Of a DNA stretch of 64,000 nt, positions 49,651 to 63,448 are shown in pieces. Made by a program: the position numbers and the translations under genes. The DNA comes from Squalus acanthias. Lineage: Eukaryota. The notes beneath the pieces are model-generated. The model did no database searches. It was not told the origin of the DNA and worked only from the letters and a program-made list of their open reading frames with translations. The DNA is taken from positions 19,780,001-19,844,000 of the forward strand of contig CM059432.1 of the NCBI GenBank assembly GCA_030390025.1, in the 5' to 3' direction. Each line of letters starts with the position of its first letter. The first letter of the stretch is position 1.

Positions 49651-50825
49651 GCTCAAGCAGTTGTATCTTGTCTTTGGATGCAAGTTGATCATTTGGGACC
49701 CCTTTAGCCTTTCTCGTACAATAATAATGCTCCCCATACTCATGTACAGCACATCTTCAGCTTCCAAGGAAATGTTTAATGATGTGATTCGCTTCTCAGA
49801 AAACCATGCTGAATATAATTCCACCAACAACCGCTTATATCCCCCCAAATATAGCAACAGTCCTTGCTGCAGCAAGGGTGCAGACCGCGTGAATCTGCTT
49901 ATACATTGAAATAACTCTTCAGCACTCCCAGCATGGATTGGACCACGTGCTGGGAGTGTGCATGTCACAGGGGAAGGGATGGTGGGGTGGGACGGGGATA
50001 TCTGGTTATTGGTGGAATTATATTCACCCTGAATGGGGTCAGCCTCTCTCTTCCCTGCTCCCTGGCTTCTGAAGTTCGACCCTCAGCTAGCTCTCGCAAT
50101 CAAGTGAATAGATTTTCCTGCAACAAACTTAACAGTAGCCAAAATCTGAGTGCCATTTAAGGCATAGCAGCAGCTCCTTAAATCTGGTTCTCTTGCAAGT
50201 TGTCTGCTCATTGACTCAGCTCTGGTTTCTCTCAGGAACGTTCTAACTGACGGTACATGTCCGTGCGCCTGTCTTGCTTGGATTCACCATGCTGGGCAAT
50301 CAGCTGAACAAGACCCTGATGGGGAGGCCTTTTACAATCTCACTGCAACCTTGCAGTCTACATCCATGCAAGAATCTCACAGGACATGCCAAGCAACAGG
50401 GGCATGATGGCAGGAGTAGGCACTGATGAGGCAGTATCACAGATTGTCAAAAGCAGCAGGGACATCTTATGACTGAGCAGAGGGAGATAAAGAAGATAGA
50501 GAGTCATCCTAGAAAGTAGCTCCGTAACATCTAGTCGCCAGCCATCTGATCTTCTCTCCCACTAGAGTAGCATTAGATTATGTAATAGGATATACTCTCT
50601 GTATATAGTCACAAATGGAACCACCAAGGGAAAAAATCACTAATTTACCACATATCAAGCACAGCTAAAGTAATAAATGGAACTGGATTTTTATTTTGCG
50701 CAGCATGTTAACTTGTACTGTAGCAAGAGATGAATGAACAGGCACATATGGTGGCTGTGGTCAAGTAGAGGATAATGGTGTCTAAAGGGTTTAGGACACC
50801 AGTTAATTGTATTCAGCAATGCTGC

Positions 50826-51490
50826 TGGCTGACTTTGATTATTCATTGAAATGGTCGTCTATTAGGCATTGTCAGTTGTGTCTTCCTGAGCCTCTCTTCC
50901 ACGTGCTGCATGGTGACACCTCTTCTGACAGAATAATTGCACAGCACACCACCATTGGGGCTGTGCAATAGGACAGCAGACCTGCCAAGCAGTGGAACCT
51001 TTGATTCAGCATGCCTTTGATATGTACTATATACATCCACGCAAACGCATGTGTCTTATATTGACTTTCAGCTATGGTTTGTGGATTTGGACTGGTGTCA
51101 TGAGCCATGACGCAGAAGTGTATCCCTGTTCCCCTCAGTATCCATCTGACTAGTTTTGGTATATTCATTTAAATAATGGCGGCACTGTGGACTGCCGCAG
51201 AATAAATGTGTCGGTGTAGTTTCCAGTATATCTGACATCCACCTGACTGATGCGGTACTGATGGTGTTGTACAACCTGAATGGAAGCTCTTTCTAGCCAT
51301 AAATGCCACAGTATTGTTGAAAGGAGCCATATGGCCACAATGGTTCCACCAGGAAAAAGTGGTAAATTCATGATCTCTGGAAAATAAGGCGCCAGTGACC
51401 TGATATATGCAGCGGTGCACTTTGACTGACTGATCTGACAGGACTTACCCAAGGCAGTTTGAAAGAAGCCAACTGGTTAGAGGTTCAAGA
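50826..51490 (-). pseudogene. Decayed Harbinger transposase fragment
   Basis: [36 protein letters not shown] motifs align by eye with the transposase at 28873-31341. Confidence 0.7.
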
Positions 51491-52273
51491 CATACAGGGT
51501 ATGGGATTGAGACTAATAGGTCTTTAAGAGATCTGGCCGCATTCTGTACTGTAAAATTCTATAGGATCTTTGCTCTACGTCTAACAAGTGCTCTATCTGA
51601 CCTGGAAGTGCCTAATGCTGACCTGGGTTCAAGAAAGAGAGAGAGTGTTTCATTCACATTCTGTTCAAACAAATTTGGGTGACAGAAACTTATCTCAGAA
51701 GCCAGTTATAATGAGACTGATGTCTAGAAGGTGTGCTACGAAGCTGGTAGAACCAACTCAAACTAGCAGCTCACTGCCCAGGGATAACGCACCATCATCT
51801 GCATGTTGGCTACATTTTTATTAGGAGGCAACCTATGGGGTTGTCCCCTGTCTGAAAAAGTTAAAGAGATTTAAAATTAAGTTTAGAGTTCCCCAATGGT
51901 CAAACAAACCAGTTGGGAGTGTTTTGAACTTGGCTTGGCACGAGACTACAGTTATACTATGAAACCCAAATGCTGCGAGGGCTGCTGGGATAACCTTAAA
52001 CCTCTTGCCTTTAGCGCAGTCTACAGCGAGATTGCAGACCTGTTATATTATGAGTTTTGTGTTGATGCACATCTGAAATCCCTTCACATCGACACAAATG
52101 TGACAGCACAAATGGCCCATTTCAAGCCCCTGCAGAGAATGCTGCCTGAAAAAAAACTGAAAGAAAAAAAAGAATCAGACAATGAGCCCTCAGAGACTGT
52201 CAGACGGCAAATGGCGAATGCAGGACCTGAGGCTGGCAGAAGTTGCTTTGGTTCTGAGTTTCTAAATTCCTTG

Positions 52274-54128
52274 GGCTAGAAATTCGTGGCCTTAGCGCCA
52301 CTCCGTAGTGCCATTAAATGGCGCTAAAACGGCGGCCGTCGCTCTTTCGCCAGCTGCCGCTCTTTCGCCAGCTGCTGGTGGTTCCCGTGGCGGCTGCCGT
52401 CTTCGTCCTTACCTTTGTGCTGCCGGTAACTGGCAGAGCCATGCCAGACAAAATGGCGGCGTTGTGACGTAAATCGGCGTGCAACGCCGACTTTACGTCA
52501 CAAGCGTGAACTTCAACCCTCGCACTGAATTCAGCGCTGGTTCCTAAGCACACCAGGTTAACCTGGCGTGCAAGCAGGCTGACAGTGGCGATGTCTTCAG
52601 CTCTTAAAGGGACACACACGTCATTCAGGTAAGTTTGAATTTAAGGTTTTGGACTGGGTTTTTTGATGTTATTGAAGTGGTGGCTTGTTGCAATAGATGT
52701 GAAAAGTTTTTTTAAGTGTGCAGGGAGTGCTGCTGGATGCTTGCAAGGGCTCAGATGATAAATGAAGGGTTTGAGAAGACAGAACATGCTGCGAATACTC
52801 AGCAGGTCACGCAACATCCGTGGAGAGAAAAACAGAGTTCATGTCTCAGGTGGACATGCTGCCTGACCAGCTGAGTATTTCCAGCATTTTATGCTGTCAT
52901 TTCACATTTACAGCATCCGCTTGCAGAGGGAAGAGGAAGACGCAGAAGAGGAGGAAGACGAAGAGGAGGAATCAGATGGAATGATGCATCCCAGACAGTC
53001 CCTTTGTGGCCAAGATATCCGGGATGGAATCATCTGCCTGTGGTCCCACTGGCTGGGCAGTCTGCCTCTTCTTGTTGACCCACTGGCTAGGCAGGCTGCA
53101 TTTCTTGGGTGTGTGAAATGAGGAATGCACAAGGGTAGAGTTGTGGTGACGGAAGGGCAGGAAAGCAAGAGGTGCATGCCAGAAGGAGGATAATGTACAA
53201 GGATACCCGCATCTTGTATCCTTTCAGCCCCGCCATTGGCCAAGGGCTTAGCCATGCCCCTGCCAAGAATGGCCTGCACCATCTCCTCCAAGGGGGCGAA
53301 GTGAGGCTAGGAATGGGAGATGTGCCTCATCATTGGTCCAGATTGTTGGTAGGTGAGTGATTGGGGGTCGTGCATTGAGCAGTGTGTGAGGCTAGTGGTG
53401 CAGTTGGTAGGAGATGGCTTTTGAAGGTGCATTCACTGACCTTGACCAGTGGTCTGAGGTCATGAAGCTTCTTTGGGCACTGGAGCCAGGTGGTGGGGGC
53501 GACACTGCAGGCAGTGACGGCCTTAGTGATGTACTCCTACATCGTCCTTTCTGGAGGGCCTCCTAGCCCTTGTAGGTAGAGGGCCGCTCTTGCAGTGCGG
53601 ACCCCCTGCACAAAGCTGCGTCGAGACCCTGGGTGTCCCTTCCCTGGCTTGGTGAGCCATTTGTGTTTGTGCTGAGGCAGTTTTCCCATTTGTTGAGGTT
53701 AGGAAGGTATTCAGCTTTAACAGCTGAATACTCACATTTGGAATTATTTTAAACATTGGATATTTTTCAAAAGGCAGAAAGGGCTGAAAAATGTATTGAT
53801 TCACTGCATTTTATTTTGTATTGCTTCAGTGTGCGTGGCCCCTTTAATTCTCAGACCTCTTCATTGCCCACAATTCCTTGCGAGCTCCACAGCTTCGCAC
53901 ACAGGGGTTGTGGGAAGCTGCAATGCCGGACCTGGACAGGAACTTCGTCCCGGATCCCCCAGCAACGCCACCAGGACGGCATTGTATGGAAGGTTAGCGC
54001 TGCGCCACCCATCTCCATGCCCCCCCCAGACCAATTTCACTCAGTTAGTGTTGCGGCCATTTCCAGCGGCCGTTAACTGCAGTTGCCGGTGACACTGGTA
54101 ACTTTGCTGGCGAACACCAATTTCCCCC
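52274..54128. mobile_element. Deleted Harbinger element (transposase acidic tail on +, Myb/SANT remnant on - at ~53440-53660)
   Basis: Ends GGGCTAGAAATT / CAATTTCCCCC; EEEDAEEEEDEEEE...QDIRD; TWLQCPKKLHDL. Confidence 0.7.
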
Positions 54129-55864
54129 TGCCCCCCCTTGTGTCTAATCCCATGACCCCAACTCCCCCAGTGGCACTAGGCCAGGTTCAGGCCACACAGG
54201 AGCAGATAATGTCAATTAAATAATCTAAGTGGTCACAGAGATGAAATTGACAGGTGGTAGGTTCTCAGAGGTTAAGAACACTGTCCAGTGGTTTAATAAG
54301 ATTCTTTACTGAACTCCAGAGGAAAATGGAGGCATGCCCACAAGGTCAAAGGTAAAGCGACACATGACTCTTCAGAAAAACTAGGACATGTACATCAGTA
54401 TTGATGTGATAACGGGAGCAAGTTAACCCAGGCCACCCAGTCAAACCCTGAAGAAACACTGGGGGGTGAAATTCGATAAGACCCAAAAATGGATGGTGGC
54501 ACCGCGGGGCGAGATTTGTTCCCGCCCATTTAGAAAGCGCAGTCAGCACATTAATTTGTTGCTGCCTGCTGATTTTAGTACACAGCCCAGCAATGATCGC
54601 GCTGCTTCAAGCTGTGCACTCAGTAGGATGCCCAATGTCGTGTCGCTATAGCGTCGCTGGAACAACGCTGCTTTCTCTTAAAGCAAGGCTGTCATTTTTT
54701 AAAGCAGTCTCAAGCCCTTAAAGGTGAACTGCCTCCTGAAAAAAAAATCATTCAAAAATAGGCAGTCTCTAGCTCTTAAAGTTTAACTGCCTTCTGAAGA
54801 AAAAAATAAAAATAATTCCTAACTAGACAGCCTTCAGCTCTTGAAAGCTGAACACTCTTCTGCACGTAAAAAATGGTCAAAGTGCTTCAGCACTAACACA
54901 AATGGCTCAACAGGCCTGGGAAAGGGCAACCAGGGTCTCGTACACAGTACTCCAGCTTTGTGCAGAGGACCAATACTGGGAGAGGTCTTCTACTCACAAG
55001 GGGCCAAGGGGCTCCCTAGAAAGAAGGATGTGGGGCCAGATTGCCAAGGGCTGTCACTGCCAAAAGTGTCGCCCCTAGGACCTGGCTCAAGTGCCCAAAG
55101 AGATTCATGACCTCAGACGAGTGGTCAAGGTCAGTGAATAGATCTACAAAAGCCGTCGCCTACCAATTGCAGCACTAGCCTCACACACTGCTCAATGAAC
55201 AATCCCCCATCACTCACCTACCAACAATCTCTACCAAACATAAGGCACACCTCACATTCCTAGCTTCACCTCACCCCCTTGGAGGAGACGCTGCTGGCCA
55301 TTCTTGGCAAGGGCAAGGGAGTGAAAGAATACAAGATGCTGGTATCCTCATACGTTATCCTCCTTCACACATCCCACTTCCCCTCATCCCATGCTGGCAT
55401 GGATTTTGTGGGGCCGATGATGACGCATGCACGAAAACCCAGAGCTTGCGATCTGTCAAGGTTCGCCTTGAGAGATCATACGAACTGACCCAAAAATCAC
55501 TTTCGCTGGCGCAGAGCTGGGCTACTTGCCCAACTACTGCCCAGCAAATGCCCACAAAATCCCTACACCTGGTGTAGGGCCTGATTTCACCAGCATAAAT
55601 GTAAAATTAAAAATTTTAAAATAAAAAAGCGGCCGCAGAACGTACTGAGGCGGGAGGGTGAACAGCCAGCGGTCGTGGTCCATATCGGTACCAACGACAT
55701 AGGTAGAAAGAGGGATGAGGTCCTGCAAGCTGGTTTCAGGGAGCTAGGAAAGAGATTAAAAAGCAGGACCTCAAAGTTAGTAATCTCCGGATTACTCCTG
55801 CTGCCACGCCCAAGTGAGTATAGAAACAGGAGGATAGCGCAGATGAATGCGTGGCTGGAGAAAT

Positions 55865-58364
55865 TATATTTTTTATTTTTATCCGTTTATGGGATGTGGG
55901 CGTTGCTAGCAAGGCCAGCATTTATTGCCCATCGCTAATTGCCCTTGAGAAGGTGGTGGTGAGCCGCCTTCTTGAACCGCTGCAGTCCGTGTGGTGAAGG
56001 TACTCCCACAGTGCTGTTAGGTAGGGAGCTCCAGGATTTTGACCCATCGACGATGAAGGATCGGCCATATACTTTTAAGTCAGGATGGTGTGTGACTTGG
56101 AGGGGAACTTGGAGGTGGTGGTGTTCCCATGCGCCTGCTGCCCTTGTCCTTCTAGGTGGAAGAGGTTGCGGGTTTGGGAGGTGCTGCCGAAGAAGCCTTG
56201 GCGATTTACTGCAGTGCATCTTGTAGATGGTACACACTGCAGCCACGGTATGTCGGTGGTGGAGAGAGTGAATGTTTAAGGTGGTGGATCAGGTGCCAAT
56301 CAAGCGGGCTGCTTTGTCCTGGATGGTGTCGAGCTTCTTGAGTGTTGTTGGAGCTGCACTCATCCAGGCAAGTGGAGAGTATTCCATCACACTCCTTACT
56401 TGTGCCTTGTAGATGGTGGAAAGGCTTTGGGGAGTCAGGTGGTGAGACACTCGCCGCAGAATACCTAGCCTCTGATCTGATCTTGTTGCCACAATCTTTA
56501 TGTGGCTGGTCCAGTTAAGTTTCTGGTCAATGGTGACCCCCAGGATGTTGATGGTGGGGGATTCAGCGATGGCAATATCATTGAATGTCAAGGGGCGGTG
56601 GTTAGACTATCGCTTGTTGGAGATAGTCATTGCCTGGCACTTCTGTGGCGCGAATGTTACCTGCCACTTATCAGCCCAAGCCTGAACGTCGTCCCGGTCT
56701 GGAATGCTTCATTATCTGAGGAGTTGTGAATGGCGCTGAACATTGTGCAGTCATCAGCGAACATCCCCATTTCTGACCTTATGTTGGAGGGAAGGTCAAT
56801 GATGAAGCAGCTGAAGATGTTTGGGCCTCGGACACTGCCCTGAGGAACTCCTGCAGCGATGTCCTGGGGCTGTGATGATTGACCTTCAACCACCACAACC
56901 AGCTTCCTTTGTGCTAGGTATGACTCCAGCCAGTGGAGCATTTTCCACCTGATTCCCATTGACTTCAGTTTTACTAGGGCTCCTTGATGCCACACTTGGT
57001 CAAATGCTGCCTTGATGTCAAAGGCAGTCACTCTCAGCTCACCTCTGGAGTTCAGCTCCTTTGTTCATGTTTGGACCAAGGCTGTAATGATGTCGGGAGC
57101 TGACTCGTCTTGGCGGAACCCAAACTAGGCAAGAGTGAGCAGGTTATTGGTGAGCAAGTGCCGCTTGATAGCTCTTTCGATGACACCTTCCATCACTTTG
57201 CTGATTATTGAGAGTAGACTGATGGAGCGGTAATTAGCCGGGTTGGATTTGTCCTGCTTTTTGTGGACAGGACATATCTGGGCAGTTTTCCAGATTGTCG
57301 GATAGATGCCAGTGTTGTAGCTGTACTGGAACTGCTTGGCTAGAGGCGTGGCTAGATCTGGAGCACAAGTCTTCAGCACGATAGCCAGGATGTTGTCGGG
57401 GCCCATAGCCTTTGCTGTAACCAGTGCGCTCAGCCGTTTCTTGATATCACGTGGAGTGAATCGAATTGGCTGAAGACTGGCTTCTGTGATGGTGGGGACC
57501 TCAGGAGGAGGCCGATATGGATCATCCACTCGGCACTTCTGGCTGAAGATGGTTGCAAACGCTTCAGCCTTGTCTTTTGCACTCACGTGCTGGGCTCCAC
57601 CATCATTGAGGATGGGGATATTCATAGAGCCTCCTCCTCCCGTTAGTTGTTTAATGGTCCATCACCATTCACGACTGGATGTGGCAGGACTGCAGAGCTT
57701 TGATCTGATCCGTTGATTGTGGGATCGCTTAGCTCTGTCTATAGCATGCTGCTTCCGCTTTTTAGCATGCATGTAGTCCTGTGTTGCAGCTTCCCCAGGT
57801 TGGCACTGCATTTTAGGTACACCTGGTGGTGCTCCTGGCATGCTCTTCTACACTCCTTATTGAACCAGGGTTGGTCCCCTGGCTTGATGGTAATGGTAGA
57901 GTAAGGGATATGCCGGGCCATGAGGTTACAGATTGTGGTGGAATAAAATTCTGCTGCTGCTGATGGCCCACAGCGCCTCATGGATGCCCAGTTTTAAGCT
58001 ACTAGATCTGTTCTGAATCTATCCCATTTAGCACGGTGGTAGTGCCACACAACACGATGGAGGGAGTCCTCAGTTTGAAGATGGGACTTTGTCTCCACGA
58101 TGACTGTGTGGTGGTCACTGCTACCAATGCTGTTATGGACAGATGCATCTGCGACAGGTAGATTGGTGAGGACGAGGTCAAGTAGGTTTTTCCCTCGTGT
58201 TGGTTCTCTCACCACCTGTCGCAGGCCCAGACTGGCAGCTATGTCCTTCAGGACTCGGCCAGTTCGGTCAGTAGTGGTGCGACCTGAGCCACTCTTGGTG
58301 ATGGACATTGAAATCCCCCACCCAGAGTACATTCTGTGCCCTTGCTACTCTCAGTGCTTCTTCC
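55865..58364 (-). mobile_element. Second LINE family, 2.5-kb copy (partial APE endonuclease + RT) nested in CR1 ORF1
   Basis: PTRGKNLLDLVLTNL...SDH; AFDIKAAFDQVWH; GVPQGS; FADD. Confidence 0.92.
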
Positions 58365-61151
58365 ATGGTGCAGGAGGGAGGGCTTTAGATTCCTGGGGCA
58401 TTGGGACTGGTTCTGCGGGAGGTGGGATCTGTACAGGCCGGACGGGTTGTACCTCAACAGGGCTGGAACCAATATCCTCGTGGGGAGCTTTGCTAGTGCT
58501 GTTGGTGAGGGTTTAAACTAATTTGGCAGGGGGATGGGCACCAGGATGTAACATTAGAAAGGGGAAATAACGTGCTCAAAGAATTGGGAGAGGCAGAGAG
58601 CACTAAAGTAAGAAATAGTTAGTATTAGGTGGGGTCAATCTAAGAGAGAATACAGGATGGTCTAAGATGGGTTTACAGTGTATGTATGTAAACGCACAAA
58701 GCGTAATAAACAAGGTAAGTGAGCTGCAGGCACAAATAGCTACAAGGGAATATGATGTTGTAGCAATAACTGAGACCTAGCTCAAAAAAGGTATTAAATA
58801 TTTCTGGTTATAAAGTGCTCAGGAAAGATAGGGAAGGAAAGATAGGAGGTGCTGTGGTCAAGGAGAATGTTACAGTGCTGGAGAGAAAGGATGTCCTGGA
58901 TCAAGGGCAGAATCTATTTGGTTAGAGTTAAGAAATAATAGAGGTGCCATTACACTACTAGGTGTATTCTATAGACCACCAAGTAGTGGGAAAGATATGG
59001 AGGAGCAAATTTGCAGAGAAATTACAGAGAGGTGCAAGAACTATAGTGTAGTAATAATGGGGGACTTCAACTATCCTAATATAGACTGGGATCGTAATAG
59101 TGTTAAGGAGAAAAGGGGAAGAATTTCTGAAGTGTGTTCAGGAGAACTCTCTTGATCAGTATGCTTCCGGCCCGATGAGGGAGGAGGCATTGCTGGAGAT
59201 CTGGTTCTGGGGAATGAGGTAGGTCAAGTGGAGCAAGTGTCAGTAGGTAACATTTAGGGACAGTGATCATAGTATCATAAAGTTTAGATTAACTATGGAA
59301 AAGGACAAGGAGCAATCTAGGATAAAAAAATTTAGCTGGGGGAAGGCCAATTTCAGTGGGATGTGAACGGATCTGGCCCGGGTAAACTGGAATCGAACAT
59401 TGGCAGGCAAAACTGTAATGGAACAATGGGCTGCCTTTAAAGGGGAAATAGTTCAGGTACAGTTGAGGTACATTCCCACTAGGGGGAAAGGCAGGGCAAC
59501 TAAAGTCAGGGCTCCCTGGATGACGAAAGAGATAGAGAATATGATGAAGCAGAAAAAGAGCGCGTATGACAGATGTCAGGTTGCAAATACATCTGAGAAT
59601 CAGGCTATATATAGAAAGGTCAGAGGAGAAGTGAAAAAGAAAATAAGAGGGGCAAAGAGAGGGTATGAGAATAGAATGGCAGCCAACATAAAAGATAATG
59701 CAAAAGTCTTCTACAGGTATATAAATAGCAAATGGGTAGTAAGAGGATGGGTGGGGCCAATTAGGGACCAAAAAGGAGACCTATGCATGGAGGCAGAGGG
59801 TATGGTTGAGGTACTAAATGAGTACTTTGCATCTCTCTTCACCAAGGAAGAGGATGCTGCCATAGACATAGTAAAGGAGGACGTAGTGGAGATACTTGAT
59901 AGGATAAAAATTGATAAAGGAGGAGGTATTAGAAAGGCTGGCTGTACTTAAAAGTAGATAAATCACCAGGAGCGGATGGGATGCATCCTAGGATGCTGAG
60001 GGAATTGACGGAGGAAATCGCGGAGGTACTGGCCATAATCTTCCAATCTGCCTTAGATACGGGGGTGGTGCCAGAGGACAGGAAAATTGCAAATGTTACA
60101 CCATTGTTCAAAAAAGGATGTAAAGATAAACGCAGCAACTGCAGGCCAGTTAGTTTGACCTCGGTAGTGGGGAAGCTTTTAGAAACAATAATCAGGGACA
60201 AAATGAACAGTCACTTGGACAAGTGTGGATTAATAAAGGAAGGCCAGCACGGATTTGTTAGGAAAATCGTGTTTAACTAACTTGATTGAGTTCTTTGATG
60301 AGGTAACAGAGAGGGTTGATGAGGGTAATGCAGTTGACGTAGTGTACATGGATTTCCAAAAGGCTTTCGACAAAGTGCCATATAATAAAGTGGTAGGAAA
60401 CAGAGAATAGTGGTGAACGGTTGTTTTTTGGACTGGAGGACGATATAGAGTGGTGTTCCCCAGGGGTCGGTTCTAGGATCACTGCTTTTCTTGATAGATA
60501 TTAATGACTTGGACGTGGGTGTACAGGGCACAATTTCAAAATTTGCAGATGACACAAAACTTGGATGTATAGTGAACAGTGAGGAAGAGAGTGATAGACG
60601 TCAGGAAGACATAGATAGGCTGGTGAAATGGGCGGACACGTGGCAGATGAAATTTAACATAGAAAAGTGTGAAGTGATACAGTTTGGTAGAAAGAATGAG
60701 GAGAGGAAATATAAACTAAATGGTACAATCCTGAAGTGGGTGCACGAACAGAGAGACCTGGGGGTATGTGTGCACAAATCGTTGAAGGTGGCAGGGCAGG
60801 TTGAGAAAGCAGTTAAAGAGGCTTACAGGATCCTGGGCTTCATAATTGAGGCATGGAGTACAAAAGTGTGGAAATGATGATGAACCTGTATAAAACACTG
60901 GTTCGGCCCCAACTGGAGTACTGTGTCCAGTTCTGGGCACCACACTTTAGGAAGGATGTGAAGGCCTTAGAGAAGGTGCAGAGAAGATTTACGAGAATGA
61001 TTCCAGGGATGAGGGACTTCAGTTACGTTGATAGACTGGAGAAGCTGGGGTTGTTCTCCTTGGAGCAGAGAAGGTCGAGAGGAGATTTGATAGAGGTGTT
61101 CAAAATCATGAGGGGTCTGGACAGAGTAGATAGAGGGAAACTGTTCCCATT

Positions 61152-61586
61152 GGCAACACGGTGGCATAGTGGTTAGCACTGGTGCCTCACAGCGCCAGGG
61201 ACCCGGGTTCGAATCTGACCTCGGGTGACTGTCTGTGTGGAGTTTGCACATTCTCCCCGTGTCTGCGTGGGTTTCCTCCGGGTGCTCCGGTTTCCTCCCA
61301 CAGTCCAAAAATGTGCGGGTTAGGTTGATTTGGCTATGATAAATTGACCCTTAGTGTTACGGGGGGATTAAATATGTGGGGTTATGGGGATAGGATGGGA
61401 TATGCTAGGGGGAATTAAATACGAGGGGTTACGGGGGTAGGGTTGGATATGTGTACTGTGGGGATTAAAGCAGGGACAGGGTACTGGATTTGAATGATCA
61501 GCCATGATCGTATTGAATGGTGGAGCAGGCTCGACGGGCCGAATGGCCTACTCCTGCTCCTAGATTCTATGTTTTCTATGTTTCTA
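61152..61586 (+). mobile_element. HE1-like V-SINE nested in CR1
   Basis: Near-identical to 16520-16905; ATTGGCA at both junctions (61149-61155, 61586-61592). Confidence 0.9.
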
Positions 61587-63281
61587 TTGGCAGAAAGGGT
61601 CGAGAACCAGAGGACACAGATTTAAGGTGATTGGCAAAAGAACCAAAGGCGATGCAAGAAAAAACTTTTTTACGCAGCGAGTGGTTAAGCTCTGGAATGC
61701 ACTGCCTGAAAGGGTGGTGGAGGCAGACTCAATCATGGCTTTCAAAAGGGAGTTGGATAAGTATCTGAAGGAAAGAAATTTGCAGGGCTACAGGGAAAGG
61801 GCGGGGGAGTGGGACTAGCTGAAGTGCTCTTGCAGTGAGCCGGCACGGGCTCGATGGGCTGAATGGTCTTCTTCCGTGCTGTAACCATTCTATGATTCTA
61901 TTTTCGATGAAAAAATCATCCACAAACATTTAAAATTAGTTTATGTAAATTTTGGCCCAGATTTAAAATTATTTTTCAAAGAATAAAATTTTTATTGTAA
62001 ATGCTTCTTTGAAGGGACTTTTAATTAAATATGAACATGGGAACATTTATTTTTATTCCAGTTGTATAAATTATTTAATTATTTGGGGATTCCATTCGTA
62101 AATGGAATCCCCATAAGCATATTAGGAATCCTCCTTTCTGATCAGAGGGCCTGGCCCAGGTGATCCCAGGGACGCTTCTGAACCATCTGCCTACCTGGGA
62201 CACATGGGCCTTTACGCAGGCGTACACCTGCAGGCCCAGGACCCGAAGTCTCCGAAGCCCAGGAGCCAGCAGGTAGGTTTCGGGTCGGAGGCATACTCTG
62301 GAGGTACGCCTCACCACGACTCTACCCTTGTGCATTCCCCATTTCAGACACCCAAGAAATCCAGCCTGCCCAGGCAGCGGTTGACCAAGAAGACGGAGAG
62401 GAGAGTGAAGAAGAAGAAGAAACACCGTCACTCGATTGCACACTCCCAGCCACCAGCTCCTCGAGGTCTTCCTGCAAGGCCATCTGCAGTCTCCCCCCAC
62501 TGATAGTCAACAGCCTTCCACCAGCCATGCTGCAGCCACTGGGGTAGCACTGCATGACATCACTAGGATAGGCAAAGGCACATGCAAGACAGTCACTGAG
62601 GGAATGCACAAGGGTGATTCATTGATTTTTTGATATAATATTGGATGCATATATGGATAAAGTTGGATTGGAAAGTTTGGTTTGTGGTGGCTTTTATTTC
62701 AGCATCGTGGCCAAGAGGACGCTGTGAAGGTCAGTAACAGAGTGAAGGTAAAGTGTGGAAAGGGGAATTGGGGTTGTGGTCACTGGTACCACAGGTGGAT
62801 GATTCCATCCCAGATATCCTGGCCAGAAAGGGGCTGTCTGGGTTGCCTCCTTCCTTCGCTTCCACCTCTTCTGCTTCTTCCTCTTCCCTCTGTGAGCAGT
62901 TTGTCCACTTTACTCTCTCTGCATCATCTCCATGTGATGTTACAGCCTAAGGGGGACTGCAGCTCGAGTCCCATGGACTGTGAGCAAGTGGTCTTCTCAG
63001 AGGCCTTCCTTTAACATCCAAAGCCTTGCAAGCGTCCAGCAGCACGCCCTGCACACTTTAACAACTTTTTAATTGTATTGCACCGCACCAAGCCACAACT
63101 CTCATAAAATGTAAAAAAAAACCCACTCCAAAAGCTGAAATCAAAACTTACCTGAAAGATGTGTGTGTCCCTTTAAAAAGTGCAGACAGCGTCTCTGCAC
63201 AACTGCTGCACGCACGTTCTCCATGCGTGGTTAGGAGGGGGCAGTATGGAGTGCGGCGATGCCCTAAATCGCAGTCACGCG

Positions 63282-63448
63282 CAATGTTCCCTGTAAGCTG
63301 CGCTTTGTTCTGCGTGGCCCGTTTCTTTTAATGTGCGGTCCCTTTAAATTTCTGTGCATGCGCGGTATTTACAATGTAAAAGCCGGTGAGCGCGCTGCGC
63401 GGGACCTTTGAGATTATGGTGCGGCCGCGCACCTTAGCGGGAACACTG
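63282..63448. mobile_element. hAT-like MITE
   Basis: TIR CARTGTTCCC..TAAG.TGCGC; 8-bp flanks GTCACGCG / GTCGTATG. Confidence 0.7.

Larger units (their letters stand above)
55642..61900 (+). mobile_element. Near full-length degraded CR1 LINE (ORF1 SGNH esterase, APE endonuclease, RT)
   Basis: VHIGTND...NAWLEK|WCRREGF...DGLYLN (ORF1); YVNAQS, AITET, MGDFNYP (endonuclease); VPQGSVLG, KFADDTK (RT); tail near 61900. Confidence 0.92.
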
